Positions 48,814 through 61,820 of a DNA stretch of 64,000 bases are shown here, piece after piece (the stretch's first letter is position 1; each line of letters begins with the position of its first letter). Where the stretch lies: assembly GCA_036172245.1 (NCBI GenBank), contig JAYWIR010000016.1, forward strand, positions 1,736,001 through 1,800,000, given 5' to 3'. Below the pieces are notes generated by a model. That model was not told the DNA's origin and searched no databases. It was given only the letters and a program-made list of their open reading frames with translations. The translations under genes and the position numbers were made by a program. The DNA is from Raillietiella orientalis (taxonomy: Eukaryota).

Positions 48814-51800
48814 ATGTCCTCGTCGCTAGCGAACGCCAGGAGGCTAAACATCGCCTCCTGGAACATCAATGGATTGACAGACCAAGGCAAAAGGAAGACA
48901 ATCTTGCGGACCATCGCAAGACAAGACGTAGTGTGCCTACAGGAAACCCACCATCTCGGACAACAAAACGCCCAGGAGATGGAACGCCGGTTCAACGGGC
49001 AACTGTTTGTCAGCAAGGGACAAAGGAAGACCATGGGTGTGGCGATCCTCATCAAGAACGAGCTCGTCCACACCCTTCTGGAAACCTTCTGTCCACTCGC
49101 TGGAAGGATAATCGGCGTGCGACTGTCCTGGTCCGACAACGTTCACCTGTTTCTGGTGAACGTGTACGGACCGCACAAGAACAAGCATCGGTGCGCGGAG
49201 GCTCTCCACGAGGCACTCCGCCAACGTGTAGCACCGAAGGACATGGTCATCGTTGCGGGTGACCTGAATATTCAAGACCACATCAAGTACCGTCAAGACA
49301 TCAGAGGAAGAGAGGCGTATCGACGGTTGTCCGACGACTTCGGACTCGTGTGGCGAACAGCCAGCCACAAACCGATCGATCACGTCCTTCATAGCGTGGA
49401 GATCGACAACCGAATCCAAGGTTTTTGCGACATTCCTCACCTGCTGTCCGATCACCCTTTGGTTCGGTTCTCCCTCCGCATGGAAAATCCGCGACGGCGA
49501 AAGGCCACTAGGGCGGCGCTCATCTGCATGCCCGCCTGGTTTGAGATGCTTCCCTGTCACCAGGAGGTGATCGAGGCGATTCTGCGGGACACCACCATCC
49601 GCAGAGTCGCCGACTGGGACAGGTTGAAGCATCGGATCCACCTGTTCTGCAACATGCAGTACTTTTGCAAGCGAGTGAGGCAAGAAGCGTACCAGGAGCT
49701 CAACATCCAAGACCGCTCCCTCTCCAAGTACTACGATCAGTACGAGAGTCGGTACGTCTTCAATAATGTGAAAGGGGAGGTCGGCGTGCTGGAAAAGAAG
49801 AATCTGGCGACAGACATCTTCTGCATCCAGTACGGTGGCCAGAAACGGCATACGTCGGAAGACATCGTAAGAGCATTCCATCAGCACTACGAAGAACACT
49901 TCCGACGGCAACACACGTGCAAGTCTATGCAGAGAACTTTCCTGAGCTACCTCGAGAAGAGGACAAGCGATCTCCAGAGAGACAAACTGGAGGAGGATTT
50001 CTCCGAAGATGAGGTGAAAACGGCTTTTGGGCAACTGAGGAAGGACGTGGCAGCGGGCCCTAATAGTGTACCCATCACGCACTATCAGCGGTACCTGCAC
50101 GCCTACCTGCTCTTGTTCCATCAGCTCACCCTCTGCATCCGTGAAGAAGGAAGACTACCCGAGTCCTTCTACGAGAGTCGGATGAGATTGTTGCCGAAAG
50201 GAGGCGACCTCACGCAGGTCGCCCAATGGAGGCCAATCTCCGTCCTAAACTCCGATGCCAAATGGTTGGCGAAGATCTGGTCCAACCGCTTAGGCAAGGT
50301 CATGCCGAAGCTCATCTCTCCGGTCCAAACATGTGCGGTGCCCGGACGCCACATGTTGGACAATGTCAAGTGTGCCCAGGCCACCGTGGGACTCAGCCGG
50401 TACGTCGGCGAGGATCTGGTGCTGGTGTTCACTGACATGAAGAAGGCTTTCGACTCCATCGACCATGGGATGCTGCTGAAGATTCTGGACAAGCTGGGCC
50501 TTCCGGAATACTTCAGCACCTTCGTGAGATTGGTACTCGAGAACCAGTACTGCCGAATCAAGATCAACGGCGAAGACACGACAGCAATTAGGATGGAACG
50601 AGGAGTCCGCCAGGGCGACTCGCTAAGTCCTTTGCTGTTCGTTATTTACATGGAGGCGCTATCCTCGTACATCGAGAAGAGTGGACGCCTCCAAGGCATC
50701 CAGATCGACGACCAGCGGCTCACCCACCTGGCGTACGCTGATGACCTTCTCTTCTTCATCAAAGGAGAACGAAATCAGCGTGCGTTCCTGGAAGTGGTGA
50801 CGCTCATGGAAGAAGGACTAGGATTAAAGATCAATGCAAGGAAAAGCCAACTTTTGCCCGTCTGAATCCTGGACCTCTCCTTCCTCACGGGGAGAGGATT
50901 CCGAACGGTGGACACAGCCAAATACCTGGGAGTCTACATTGGCAACGGCCCTGCGTCGAAGCTTTTGTGGGATGAAACCCTGGGGAAAACGGCGAAAGAG
51001 GCAGCGAAGTACACCCGACAGGACCTTGGAATGAAACGCAAGGCCAACCTCTGGAATGGAGTCCTCCTTCCTAAGGTGCTCTTCGGGGCGGCCTTTGCGA
51101 GAGTGAAAAGGAACACCTCGAGGGAGCTGGAAAAACTGCAAAGGAAGACATTATGGGGCAAATATCGCCCAAGAGTTCGTTTGAAACCCCTATGTCGTCC
51201 CAAAGAAGGTGGAACCGGGATGAAGTCGCTTGCACACTCCATGGCAATCATGGACACGCGACACATCCTGGATATCGCCGAACAATGGGACGACTGGCCG
51301 TACGCGGCGCATAGGGCCTACTCGATGTTGCTTAACAACTCGAAAGATCTCATGACTGCGCTGCTAGGCCGAGTAGGGGAGTGGATGACCATCGACCCGA
51401 CCTGGAGGAGGAAACAACTGCTGGTACGAAAGTACAAGATCAAGATCGTGCCAAGAAGCAGGGAACTCTGGCAACAGGAGTCCATCCTCGTGATCCCTTG
51501 GATGCTTCCGGTCCCGGACGATACCCGAGGATGGATCTACCGGCGGCACAGAGTTACCTTGCAACGAATCCAGGAATGGAGAAAAGGAGGCCACCTACAT
51601 CATGTTCGTATACTTCGGTATATCGAGAAGATGCTAGGTAGGTTCACCCACCGGACCCGCGAAGTGTGGATAAACCACGATGACTTTGCGTGGTCCAGGG
51701 TAACGAAAACAAACCTCCGAAGAATGATAAAGGATCAAGATGAAGACACCAGTACCCTCCAGGAAGCGGCCAATCGCTACGGAAGCAACAGGATCAACCT

Positions 51801-52329
51801 GTTGGTGATCGGCACGACCCTATGGAGGAGTGACCTTCCGCCGGACAGCCAGGACAACCTCCTGATGTTTTATCAAGGAGGAATCCTGAGCGGGTCCAGA
51901 CTAAAGTACTTCACAAGAAGAAGAGGAGACGAAGACTGCCCAGCATGTGGAGACACGGATACCAGACTTCACATCCTGACGTGTCCCACATTGCTCCACG
52001 ACTGACTGATCCTTAAACGGATCATTGGACGCACCACCAGTTCCACGATGGAGATCCTAGCCGGGATGTTTCAGGGAGATGGTAATGTTCCCTGTTACAA
52101 TCCCATGGTGAGGACGACCATTGCCCTCTTCATCACTGCCATTCTGGTGCGGTGGTGGAAGATGAGGAAAGCCAGGAGAGCCGCACCTCCGATGGAGATC
52201 CTGCAAGGACTCCTGAAGAAGGAAATCGGCATAAGAATTTGTGGAAGACGAGCAGCCTGGACGTACAGACTCATCCTTAAGAGGATTGAAGACGACGCCC
52301 GGGACCAAACGCCCGCATACCCACCCTAA
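48814..52329 (+). pseudogene. LINE ORF2p (APE endonuclease + RT + C-terminal CCHC), ~1171 codons with two in-frame TGA
   Basis: WNINGL, LQETH, NVYGP, GDLN, SDH; WRPIS, DMKKAFDS, GVRQGDSLSPLLF, YADDL, KYLG; CPACGDTDTRLHILTCP. Track ORFs 48814, 50908 and 52048 share one frame; stops at 50863-50865 and 52003-52005. Confidence 0.92.
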
Positions 52330-52729
52330 GTGCAGAACTTCAGTGAATCCCAAGGACTTCCAGTGAATACAGAACAAGTAGTGTATTGTATGAATGTGAC
52401 TGTAGTGTGAATGATATAAAAAAAATGAAAATAAATTTACCCCACCCCTTGTGGGACCTGGGAAAAAAAAAAAAAAATTCAATTCGAGAATCTTCCGATC
52501 CCGTCAGGCTTCCCGTGAAAGTCTCCAAGCGTGGGAATCGGGTTCCTGGGATTCCAAAGCAGAAGCATCCCCTGCCTGTGGTCTCCCTCCCGCACGTGAA
52601 CAAAGCAAGCAGACCATACCACTCGCAACCGAAGTGCGCCCCTCTCTGGCATCTCTCTAGGAACGTGGCTTTCCCATGCCAAGTGAAGCTCCAGTGATGT
52701 TGAAAACAATCCAAGATGCAGCAGTGCAA

Positions 52730-52908
52730 CTCTACCCAACCAAACCTGACACAAACTACCCAACCCAACCTACCCACCGAACGTAACACCACCGAAACTT
52801 TCCACCCAACCTACCTACCTAGACCAACCTACCCAACCAACCTAACATAATCGACCCACCTAACCTAACATGACTGACCAACCTACCTAACCTGACCTGA
52901 CCTAACCT
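52730..52908. repeat. Degenerate (CCTAA/CCAA)n telomere-like simple repeat
   Basis: Runs such as CCTAACCTAAC and CCTAACCTGACCTGACCTAACCT; CCTAA is the complement of the arthropod telomere repeat TTAGG. Confidence 0.75.
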
Positions 52909-55900
52909 GTTTTCGATAAATGGTCCAGGCTAATCTCCTCCGTAGTTTTCATCAGACCAAGACGTTTGCGAATGAAGCCGTGAGGTGGTGCGGAGCGTGA
53001 TTATCAGGAACACCCCGCGATTCCAGAATCCCCCTCTTTGAGATGACTCCAGCAGTCGGAGGTTCGCGGAAGAAGCAAGGGATTGTGATGGGTTGCACGT
53101 AGTGATCGGTGCTCAGCACGTACGCTGAGCACCGATGAGCACTGGTCACACTGAGCCCCAGTTCGGTGCGATCCATCCGGAACGAGAATACTTTGGAAGA
53201 GGAAAGCGTGAGCAAGAATCTGGATGGACGGATCAGTCAAATGACTGGCTTATTGACGCATGACAAGTTGAAGTTTCCACTCCTGTTCGAAGCCCGACGG
53301 GGATGATGCACTGATGCCGCGAGAGTCATGCGCAGCACTGCTAAGACTGTACCGATCTCGGAAATTTCCAGAAATAACTGATGTTGCAGATGTGCGGAAA
53401 CGTTCCTCCGGATGAGCCATCCAGCAGAACGGTCCCTCACCGGTGCAGCAGCCACGTCCAGTAAATGCTAAGGGACCAGGCACAGTTGCAGGTGGCTGCG
53501 TGATAGACGATGCGTTTAACCCCACTTGTTGAAAGGCGGCTTTGGAATTTCAATTTTCTACCCATCATTGCCAAGTTAACGGTTCGTAATTCTTTTCTCC
53601 ATTCTTTGCTGAACAGTAAATTAATTGGAGGAGCTTTTAGAAGTATTTCCAAATTCGCTCTTTCTGAGGGAAGTTGCGCATCTTCTTCAGCACACTTGTC
53701 ATTTGGACCACCTTCCCCCCTCTAGGCAGAAACCCCTATCTCGTTTGCTGTTGGGGTGCTTCCGAACAAGGAAAGCCTCCCTGTGAAATTTCAAGCACAT
53801 AATCCACTCGGCGGATAGAAAAGTATGATTTCTACTGCTCTCCTGAATCGAGAGGAACTGTTTTTTTTCCTCGAAGAAGAAGAAGGCAAGGATCGGAAGT
53901 TCTTCCCATTCCATTTTAATTGAGCTGCCGATGGGAACTCAGATTCCCATGGGAGGTCTCCGTTTGCTCACTTCATCTCTCACGTTATTTTGCGACTCTC
54001 AACAGGATCATAGGATCAAAAGCTGAAGTGGTCACATTGATGCGTTAAGTGTGGACGAACCGTCCCTCTTCCATCCAAGGAAGTCGCTCGTTCTAAACGC
54101 TTGGACTACCCGCCAGATTCTGGATTCCCCTTTTTTTGCGGAAGGAAGGTCCTCGTTGATGCCTTCGAAACATCACTTTCGTGAGGTAAGGCGCTTGCAA
54201 TGAGACTCTTCGCTGGTATCGCAATGGACCATGCTTCTACTGAATACCAAATAAAGCGTCGGTCGCCTCCCGGAAGTGTAAACAGAAATTTTCACTTGCT
54301 TGGAGATCCATCTCTGCAGTGTGATGGCAACTCTGTGAAGTCTCAACCATCTGCGTGGCAAAGCCAAAGGGAAATCGCAGTTCTATGGTGAAGCCCAAGA
54401 GCAGCAAGCAGATTCCTGCTATCTGATCGCGTTCTTGTTTCTTTTGCTCCTGATATTATCTAGAGCGATCAGATTAGATACCATTTTCTGTTCAGAGTGG
54501 AAGAGGTGGCTTCGTTTGCCGATTGCTGCTCATGGGATGGCCACTGCCTGAACTTGGTCGGCAAGCGCCAAAAGAAAATGAGAAGTTGTAATGTGTCCTC
54601 TGAATGGAAAGAACATTGCAGACTCCTTCGGACTCCGAATTCTCCTCGAAGTTTTGGGATGGTCTCCCCCCGTTCGAGTTGCTCGATCTCCAATTACCGA
54701 ACGTCTCCTCTCGTGTACTCGGAATTCCATTTCAGGTAATCAGAAAGCTGTGGAGAGCGAGAAATCAGAAGCATCGGCTTGGAGCCACCACGCTCGGTCG
54801 TTCTCAACCTCTCGAAGCCTGCTGACCTTATCAGCATAGCTAGAAGGTCGAACCTCCTTCCTTCGGTAGAAGAATCTCCCTATAGCGACGGTGCGATCGC
54901 AAGGTGTGGCTGTTGCCGATCCCACGGAGCTCCGCATCAAGCGAGTGTTTCAGCCTGCAGGGTGCGTTCTGTTCAGTAGGGAGCCACCCTTTGCTCACCC
55001 TTTGCCGCTTCCTGCTTTCGCTTTTATAGCACTTCATACATAATTCTTCCTCTTGTGATCGTGGTCTGTTTTGTTTCTCCTAAAGACATCCATTTTGGGG
55101 GAGGGACACGCAAGGTGCTTTGGGCGTCCACGTCACGTCTCTCCCTGTTCCCGAGTTTGTGCTAGCTGTGGCTGCGTTTCAGAACGCTCTGGTTTCCCGC
55201 TTTGCCTGCCATCAACCGGGAACACCCGAATTTCATCTCCTTCCAGCCTGTCGTAGACAAAGGGTCAGCTCTGAGCTGCCAGTTCAAGGGAGGCTGTTCT
55301 GCAACGTATTTGTCTCAAGATGTTCCTTCTGTCCAGCAGACTTCCCACCCTCATATTCCATGATCCAACTCACCCTGACGCACATCATGCCGCAAAGTGA
55401 CTTCCGACCAGTGGCATAGTGCTGTAAAACCTTAGGCAATTGTCCACACCACAAATGCTGTAAAACCTTCTCCCGCCCCCACAGAAGGTTTCACTAAGCT
55501 CGCGCTTTCTTTCCACGACAATCATCCTCCAGAGAGAAAGGTCATTTGGGACGACTTTTCGCTGAGCGACCTTTTTCCACCAAGCCGAATGGGTCTTGAG
55601 TGCGTCTTCGATCCCATTCAAAGTCCTGGCCTTGATCGACCTGGCATTGGATCACATTTTGGTGCTAACTTTACCTGGTCCTTCACCTGGGCACGAGTCC
55701 AGAAAAGTAGTCACTCCCTCTAAGTTCCCTTGAAAATATCACTTTCCTTCGGGGATGTCTTCCATGTTCAACCTGATGGATACCTGCCAAAAAGAGCATC
55801 ATCTCCTGATCGATGGAAATCCTCTTGAGTTCTCCTGCCTTCGCTCTTTCCCTTCCAGCTTTCTCCTTTTTATTTCGTTTTTTTTTTTTTGTGTGTGTTG

Positions 55901-55939
55901 TGTTCGCCTAGTGCTGAAGACCCGCTCACCCCATTAGGG

Positions 55940-56620
55940 AGGGAGGTCACAAAGCTCTGTCCACGCCACCCGAGGGTGCATGTAACTCTTCAAAGTTATG
56001 AGGTAACCCCGGAGGGACCATCCTGTGAATCCGGGAAGGAATTCGTTCCTCTTGCGCCTGTCAGGGGAAGCCCGAAGGGAACCACCTGCTTATTCTTTCC
56101 GGAGGGACTCCCGGAGGTGGCCAATCCATTATTTCTTCTCCAAAGGGAACCCGGAAAGGATGCGCTCTTGGAATTTCTCCTCCTGAGGGAACTCGCAAGG
56201 GAACCGCTCCCTGTTATTCCTCTAAAGAGAAACCCGAAGGGACTCTCCCCAATTTCTCCGAAGGGTGCTCCGTGAATGAGGCAGCGCGCTTCTTGACACT
56301 CTGGAGAGGCAACTCCTCGAGGGGGTATCAACTAGCACCATCAACAGCTCCGTTTTCGCAACCGGAGAGGAACTGCGGTGGCTCCCCGATTCCTGGAAGG
56401 ACGCCGGGAGGGTCGGCTTACAATTGCGGTCAGTCAGCGGAGCATCCGGTTTCCGGCTGCTTCCACCCGTGCAGCACTCAAAGCCCTTGAACCAGCCAGC
56501 GTCATTCTGCAGGGGAGACTCGAAACCCACGACGCGCCCCATTTCTCGGCGTCGATCCTCCATGTGAGGACTCGAACCCACAACGCTTGGCACCACGCGC
56601 GGAGAAGGTAGCCACGCGGC
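55940..56620 (-). mobile_element. Family A SINE copy A6 (near full length)
   Basis: Reverse complement: GGCCGCGTGGCTA..GGGTTCGAGTCC head, GCAGCCGGAAACCGGATGC and a six-unit hairpin array. Confidence 0.8.
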
Positions 56621-56899
56621 CATCTCCCACGTTCAACCTGATGGACGTCTGTCAAATGGAGCATCATTTTCCGATAGATGTCCAGGATGCCCATCACAGG
56701 ATCTTTACCTTATGAGAGCCATCGAAGGAACGACTCGAACGACAGCATGCTCGGATAGCAGCAGCAACAGCTACAAGTTCACTGCAAGGAAATTTTCCAG
56801 CTCGATAAGAAGGAAAACCGTTCTGCATCATATCTTCCGTGATTTGCCTCAGGTGAAGAAACACAAATCTTGCTGATCGCGTGGTCTTACATCACAAGC

Positions 56900-58650
56900 C
56901 GCATATCTCTCCCTGCGGTTTCATTTTGGATGGCCTGGGTAAAGGCGTACTCGAGCATGACTCTCTTCTTGCATGCCCTGCAAGTCATGGAGCATTCTTT
57001 TCCTACTTCTTTTCGACCACATTTCATCTCGATCTGAAGATAACTTCGGGAAAATTCGAGTGTGTCATCACCATCCTCCAGCACGTTGAGTCCCCAGAGT
57101 CTGGCGTAGATCGGAAGAGACGGGTGTGACGCGTTTCGGTTTCCGCGCCCTCGAAAACACACTCTCGGACACATCTTGCTGGCACCAAAGCCGGGGATTA
57201 GCAGCCATCGGGGCGTTTACTGACCGCTCTTTATGTTGGCGCTTTTCACGGCAATGAATGCTCGCTCTCCACGTTCCGGTTGGGGCAGAGCGCTTCTCGC
57301 TCCAGACGGACCCTAAGCTACTCAAGTGCAGCATCCCTATGCACCTCATTCAGACTAAGTCGAGGTCACGAAGGTGGTTTCATTGCCACCAGCACCTTAG
57401 TGGCAAGCTGGGGAGTGGAAATCCCAAGTGGCGAAATCAAACATCGCTGAGAGTCTTCGCCAGGAGCAAGCTGCTGAAGGACACTTACTTAATTCTGGTT
57501 TGGATCCGACATTACCGGACTGAGATGCCATGCGGCCCGGATGCTGGTTGCTCTTTTCACAGCCAAGTCGAAGAGGGTGAGGTTCGATGCGCTTCCTCTT
57601 AAAGCGGAGCGCTCATCTCCAAAAAACTAGGACCCAAATGCTGGAAGGCGGATTTCTCGGAAAGCAAGAAAAGGCAGTTTGATGTTCCGTCCTGCATCCA
57701 TATACAAAAATGGATCAATCTTTACGGTAAAGTCGATCGCTGCATCGAATAAAACTACCAACCACCGTCGTTTCCTTTATCCGATAGATGGCTCCAGGAA
57801 GTCTCATTGAGGACTAATGAGCATCATGCAGCTGAAGCTACTTCTCCATTCTCCGGCTCCTTCAAAGGCCGTTTCCATGGCGAAATTTTTTGGAGGCATC
57901 CTCCGAAATCACTTCCATTAACGGAATCTCCTCATCTTCGGCAGCCGCCTGGTTTCTTTTCCTTTCTTTTTTTGGAAAATCATGGAACCATCACGCTGGT
58001 GCTACCGCGGACGAAATTCCTTATCTTCAGATCATATCCTCCTCAAGAGAAATCAGTGGCTTATCAAATCTCAGCCCATGAGAATGGAGCGAAACGGACC
58101 CCGTATCTCTGGACTTCGTCCGTCGAGTCTTCCTACTGCATTATCCATCAGGAATCAGAATAAGGCTTTATATTTTTTTACAGCAGCAAGCAAGAGATTC
58201 GGAAGAGCATCCGCGGGCAGGAAGTGTTGCTGTATTCTTCCTGCGTTTCGCCATTTCCGCAGCTCGTAGAAAATCTGCACTTCCGAGCTCCAAAGTGCTC
58301 CTCGACGGAAGCAGGCGCACTCCGTTCTAGAATGCTTCTGCGTGAGCCCCACCCCTGGTCAGCGTGCCTCATCTTAGAACGTGGTTTTCGAACTCGCCAG
58401 GAGAGAGAGGCACCGGCGTGACGCAGCCCAGAAGGACACTACGATTTCTCCTGAAAAATCTGCCACCCATAATGAACGCGCGCGTCTCGTGTCGCCCCGA
58501 GGACTTCACGCGCTGGGTGAACATCCACCCGGTGGCATCTTGCGATCCCCAGCACAGTGGAGCGGGAAACCTTCGCACCCGACACTCGTTCAGTGCATCT
58601 TTTCCCTTGCGGAGCTTCTCTAGCTCCACAGTGGCCCAATAAGGATTACC
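56900..58650 (-). mobile_element. Possible decayed P-element/THAP9-like transposase
   Basis: Minus-strand fragments in the expected order: LERSAPASVEE (cf. ER.C.L..DEM), then QQDVSE..F / FRGRGNRNASHPS (cf. QD.LENFFS.IR..GG.N..P). Confidence 0.35.
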
Positions 58651-61079
58651 ACCACCTTCCCCTCGGCCATGGGAGTGACTGCCATTGCACTGCCGAGTTG
58701 TGACGCGCTCTTTCGATTCTCATAGCCTTAGCCCCCTCTACCACTGCCAGCCACTTCATTTAATAAAGAAACGTTAAAACACACACGCATCTCTTCATTG
58801 ACACCGTCGTTACCATGTGTCCTCGCTTCGGCCCCCGACCCTGTTTGGAACCATGGAGACGGGCTAGGAGCACACCTTGCGGTTTCTCTTGTAAATCCTT
58901 TGTTTGAGGAAAGCCGCTTCTGCCGATTCGAAGCACGAAGGCGCCGGGGCGGAATGCAAGCTGAGCGTGATGCGAGCAGATTCCAGGTCCAGTTGGGAGG
59001 GTAAGGGGGGGAGAGGGAAGGAGGAAATGTTTGTTTTTGGACCGATTGTCTTTTCGTTCTCGGGACCAGGCGATGACGCGGATAGGGAACGCGTCTGGCA
59101 CGGGGTTGGCCCGGGTGGAAGGGGCAAGGAGCCGAACACCGATTGACCGGCGCAGAGCAAGAAACCCAGCCACGTAGTCCCGTCGATTTTTCGGAGGAAT
59201 TCCCTCGCGATTTCCCCGGAAGCGACCCAAACGTCCCCGGGGCTCTTGCAGAGAGGGAAGACGCTGCCTGAGACGCGCTCGACCCCGGAACGATGTGTGT
59301 ACCGTTCGAAGCCCTCCACGGCGACGTCTTCCCTCCGTCGGCGTAGGTGTGGACCGCGAACTTGAGAATCCAATTTGTCGAATGCGAAACTTTGGACAAA
59401 TCTCCGCCCCTCCGCTCTGGAGATAATAACGGGACGCTTTTCATTTGACTTCGAATAATTGGCTGACACAGCCAGGTGAGTACTCGCGTGAAATATTCAT
59501 TAGACAAAATCGGGAACTGGAAATCTGGACGGAGGAAGAAAAAAAAAAAAAAAAGAAAAAGAAGAAGAAAAAAAAAAGGACCATGCAAATATTGAGAGGA
59601 ATCGCACAAACGGAACGGAGCGAGTGTTTGCCCCCGTCTCGAGGAGAGCTGGAATTCAATAAGATTCCGGCGGAAGAGGGGGGCTGTTTCCACGAGAGTT
59701 TAAGGGACGGAATGTCTTGTCGTGTCCACGAGCGGAAGAAAAAAGGAAATTGTAAACAGACGTACTGAAACTCGAGCATAAGCTCTTGCAGCAGCCCGCA
59801 GGGAAGGCGAAGCGTCTGCGAGATCGCAGAAAGCCTGCGGGATAGAAGGCGGCGGAGGTTTCTCTTCCGGATGCGGAAACACGGACGCCAGATGGACGAA
59901 GAACGAACTGAAAAGTTGCGGATGCTCTCGCATGGGCGAACCTCGCATGACCGACGTAAACAAACAGCTTCGTAGGGAACATCTGGAGTCTTCCGTGAAT
60001 AGAAGCGCTGCTTCGTTCCCTGAAAGACATTCCTCCCGTTTCTGGGTCGAAGTTTTGATGAGCAACCAGGAAGGTCGTAATTAAGTCAGGTTAGCACAGG
60101 CTGCAGTAGAGAGGGAATCTTCTCCGAGTGGCGGATGTTCCTGGTGCACGGGAAAGCCTTCCTCATTGGTTTGCCTTTCGCAAGGCTCAGAATCCTTCGG
60201 GTCAGAATCACTTTTTCACAGGCGGCAACGAGCTACTTCGCCTTATGACGTTATTACTGGGGCATTCATCCGTAGGGGCGGCGGCAACTTCTGGGTCGCG
60301 CGCAAATGTGCTCTTTGGGTTCAAGCAAGAATCATCCTGTCTTCCAGTTCAGCGCCTTAACCAAAGAAAAAGGCTCTTAAACTTGTCCGTCGGGTCGTGT
60401 TCCACAGCGGCCTTGTTGCATTCTGCAAAATCTCGTGGATAATCGTGCCACCATCTGCACGATTTTCACCATGAACCTTCCATTCAGTGGATGCGGAAAG
60501 AAGGTCTTGCCCTTGCCTGCAGCCAAATGGGCTCCACGGTGCCGTTTGCCTTGCTACGCTTGCTGTCTTACAGCCAGAAGGCACGACGTGAGTCCTGCAG
60601 CGTGAATGCAAAAAGTTCACGTGTGCAGAACCATCCCAAGCCAGGAGGAGGACGTTTTGGCAACCTTCAATTACTCATTTGCTTCGGCAGCTTTCAGTTG
60701 CTGCAGCAACAGACTCTCAGGAACAGAATCGTTCGAAAATTGCCCTGCTCTGTTCTTTACGGTCCAGAAGCTTCCGAAGCAGCGAGAGTTCTCCAGCTGA
60801 AAGGAGCCAACTGGGATGCTTTCGGGGTTTAAGACGGCCTCTGCTGCTGGGAACGGAGTCTGGAGCCAGCACCTTGGCGCCCTCCTCAAACAAGTGATGA
60901 TGCGCTTCCTGCAAGAAAATTTCCCTCTTTGTGGAGACCTAAGTCCACCACGTTCTCCCCCTTGCAGAAAACCGCCGTTGACCGCCAAGCGCCTTTAATG
61001 CTTAGCTTCCAGGTTTACGAGAGAGAGATTTTTCAGGCTCTTTCCTGAGAGGGTGAGAGTGGCGAAGGTGGACGTAGGT

Positions 61080-61820
61080 CAGTCGGTTCGCTAAGTGCTC
61101 AAGAACCACTCGCCTAGGGGCTCACCAAGCTCTTTGACTCTGTTTCACGTTTCCCATGGGTGCGTGTAGTAACTCTTCAAGTAAGGGATGCCCCGGGAGA
61201 GGACCACCCTATGAATCCAGGAAGGCTTCGGGGCAAGGAGTCCTTGTCTCCTACGCTTATTAGAGAACTCCGAAGAGAACCTCTTCCTTATTCTTTCCGG
61301 AGGGATCATCCGGAAGGAGTCGCTCCATTATTTCTTCTCCGAAGGGAACCCACAAGGAAATCGCTTCTTGCTTCTTCCTTTTCCTCCTCCGAAATCTGGA
61401 AGCCTCCCGAAGGGACGCTTCCAGATTTCTCTGAAGGGTGGCTCTCCGAAGGCACTTCTTGACACTCTGGAGAGGTATCAAGCCATCAGCTCCATGGTAC
61501 GACATAGAGGAGCGGTTCCATTTGCACAACCGGAAGGGGAACCCCGGCTGGCTCCTTGATGACCTGGAAAAACCCCAGAGGGTCAACTTCCAATCCCAGT
61601 CTGTCAACAGGGACATCTGGTTTCCGACTGCTTTCACCAGTACGCACCCGGAGCCTGTAGGCCAATTAGCGAGCATCATCTTGTAGGGGGGGGAGGGAAT
61701 CGATCCCCAGCACGCACCCATTTCTCGGCGTCGATCCTTCCCCTGGAGGGATTCGAACCCGTTAGTTACATCTGGTGACACGCGCGGAGACCGTAGCCAC
61801 GCGACTGCCAGCACGGGCAT
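61080..61820 (-). mobile_element. Family A SINE copy A7 (near full length)
   Basis: Reverse complement: CGCGTGGCTACGG..GGGTTCGAATCCC..GGATCGACGCCGAGAAATGGG, array, then GCACTTAGCGAACC. Confidence 0.8.

Larger units (their letters stand above)
47066..52477 (+). mobile_element. Full-length L1/Tx1-clade non-LTR retrotransposon
   Basis: ORF1 + ORF2, AATAAA at ~52430, poly(A) 52463-52477, TSD A(n)TTCAA at 47050-47065 and ending at 52482. Confidence 0.93.

Noticed and set aside
48937..50121. 394-aa antisense ORF (also 47779-48555)
   Set aside because: Antisense shadows of the LINE ORFs caused by codon bias.
54480..54620. hAT transposase-like CCSWDGHCLNLVG
   Set aside because: A single short motif with no supporting catalytic motifs or TIRs.
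58728..59693. 321-aa minus-strand ORF
   Set aside because: Runs through an A-rich simple repeat (poly-Phe) and has no recognisable motif.
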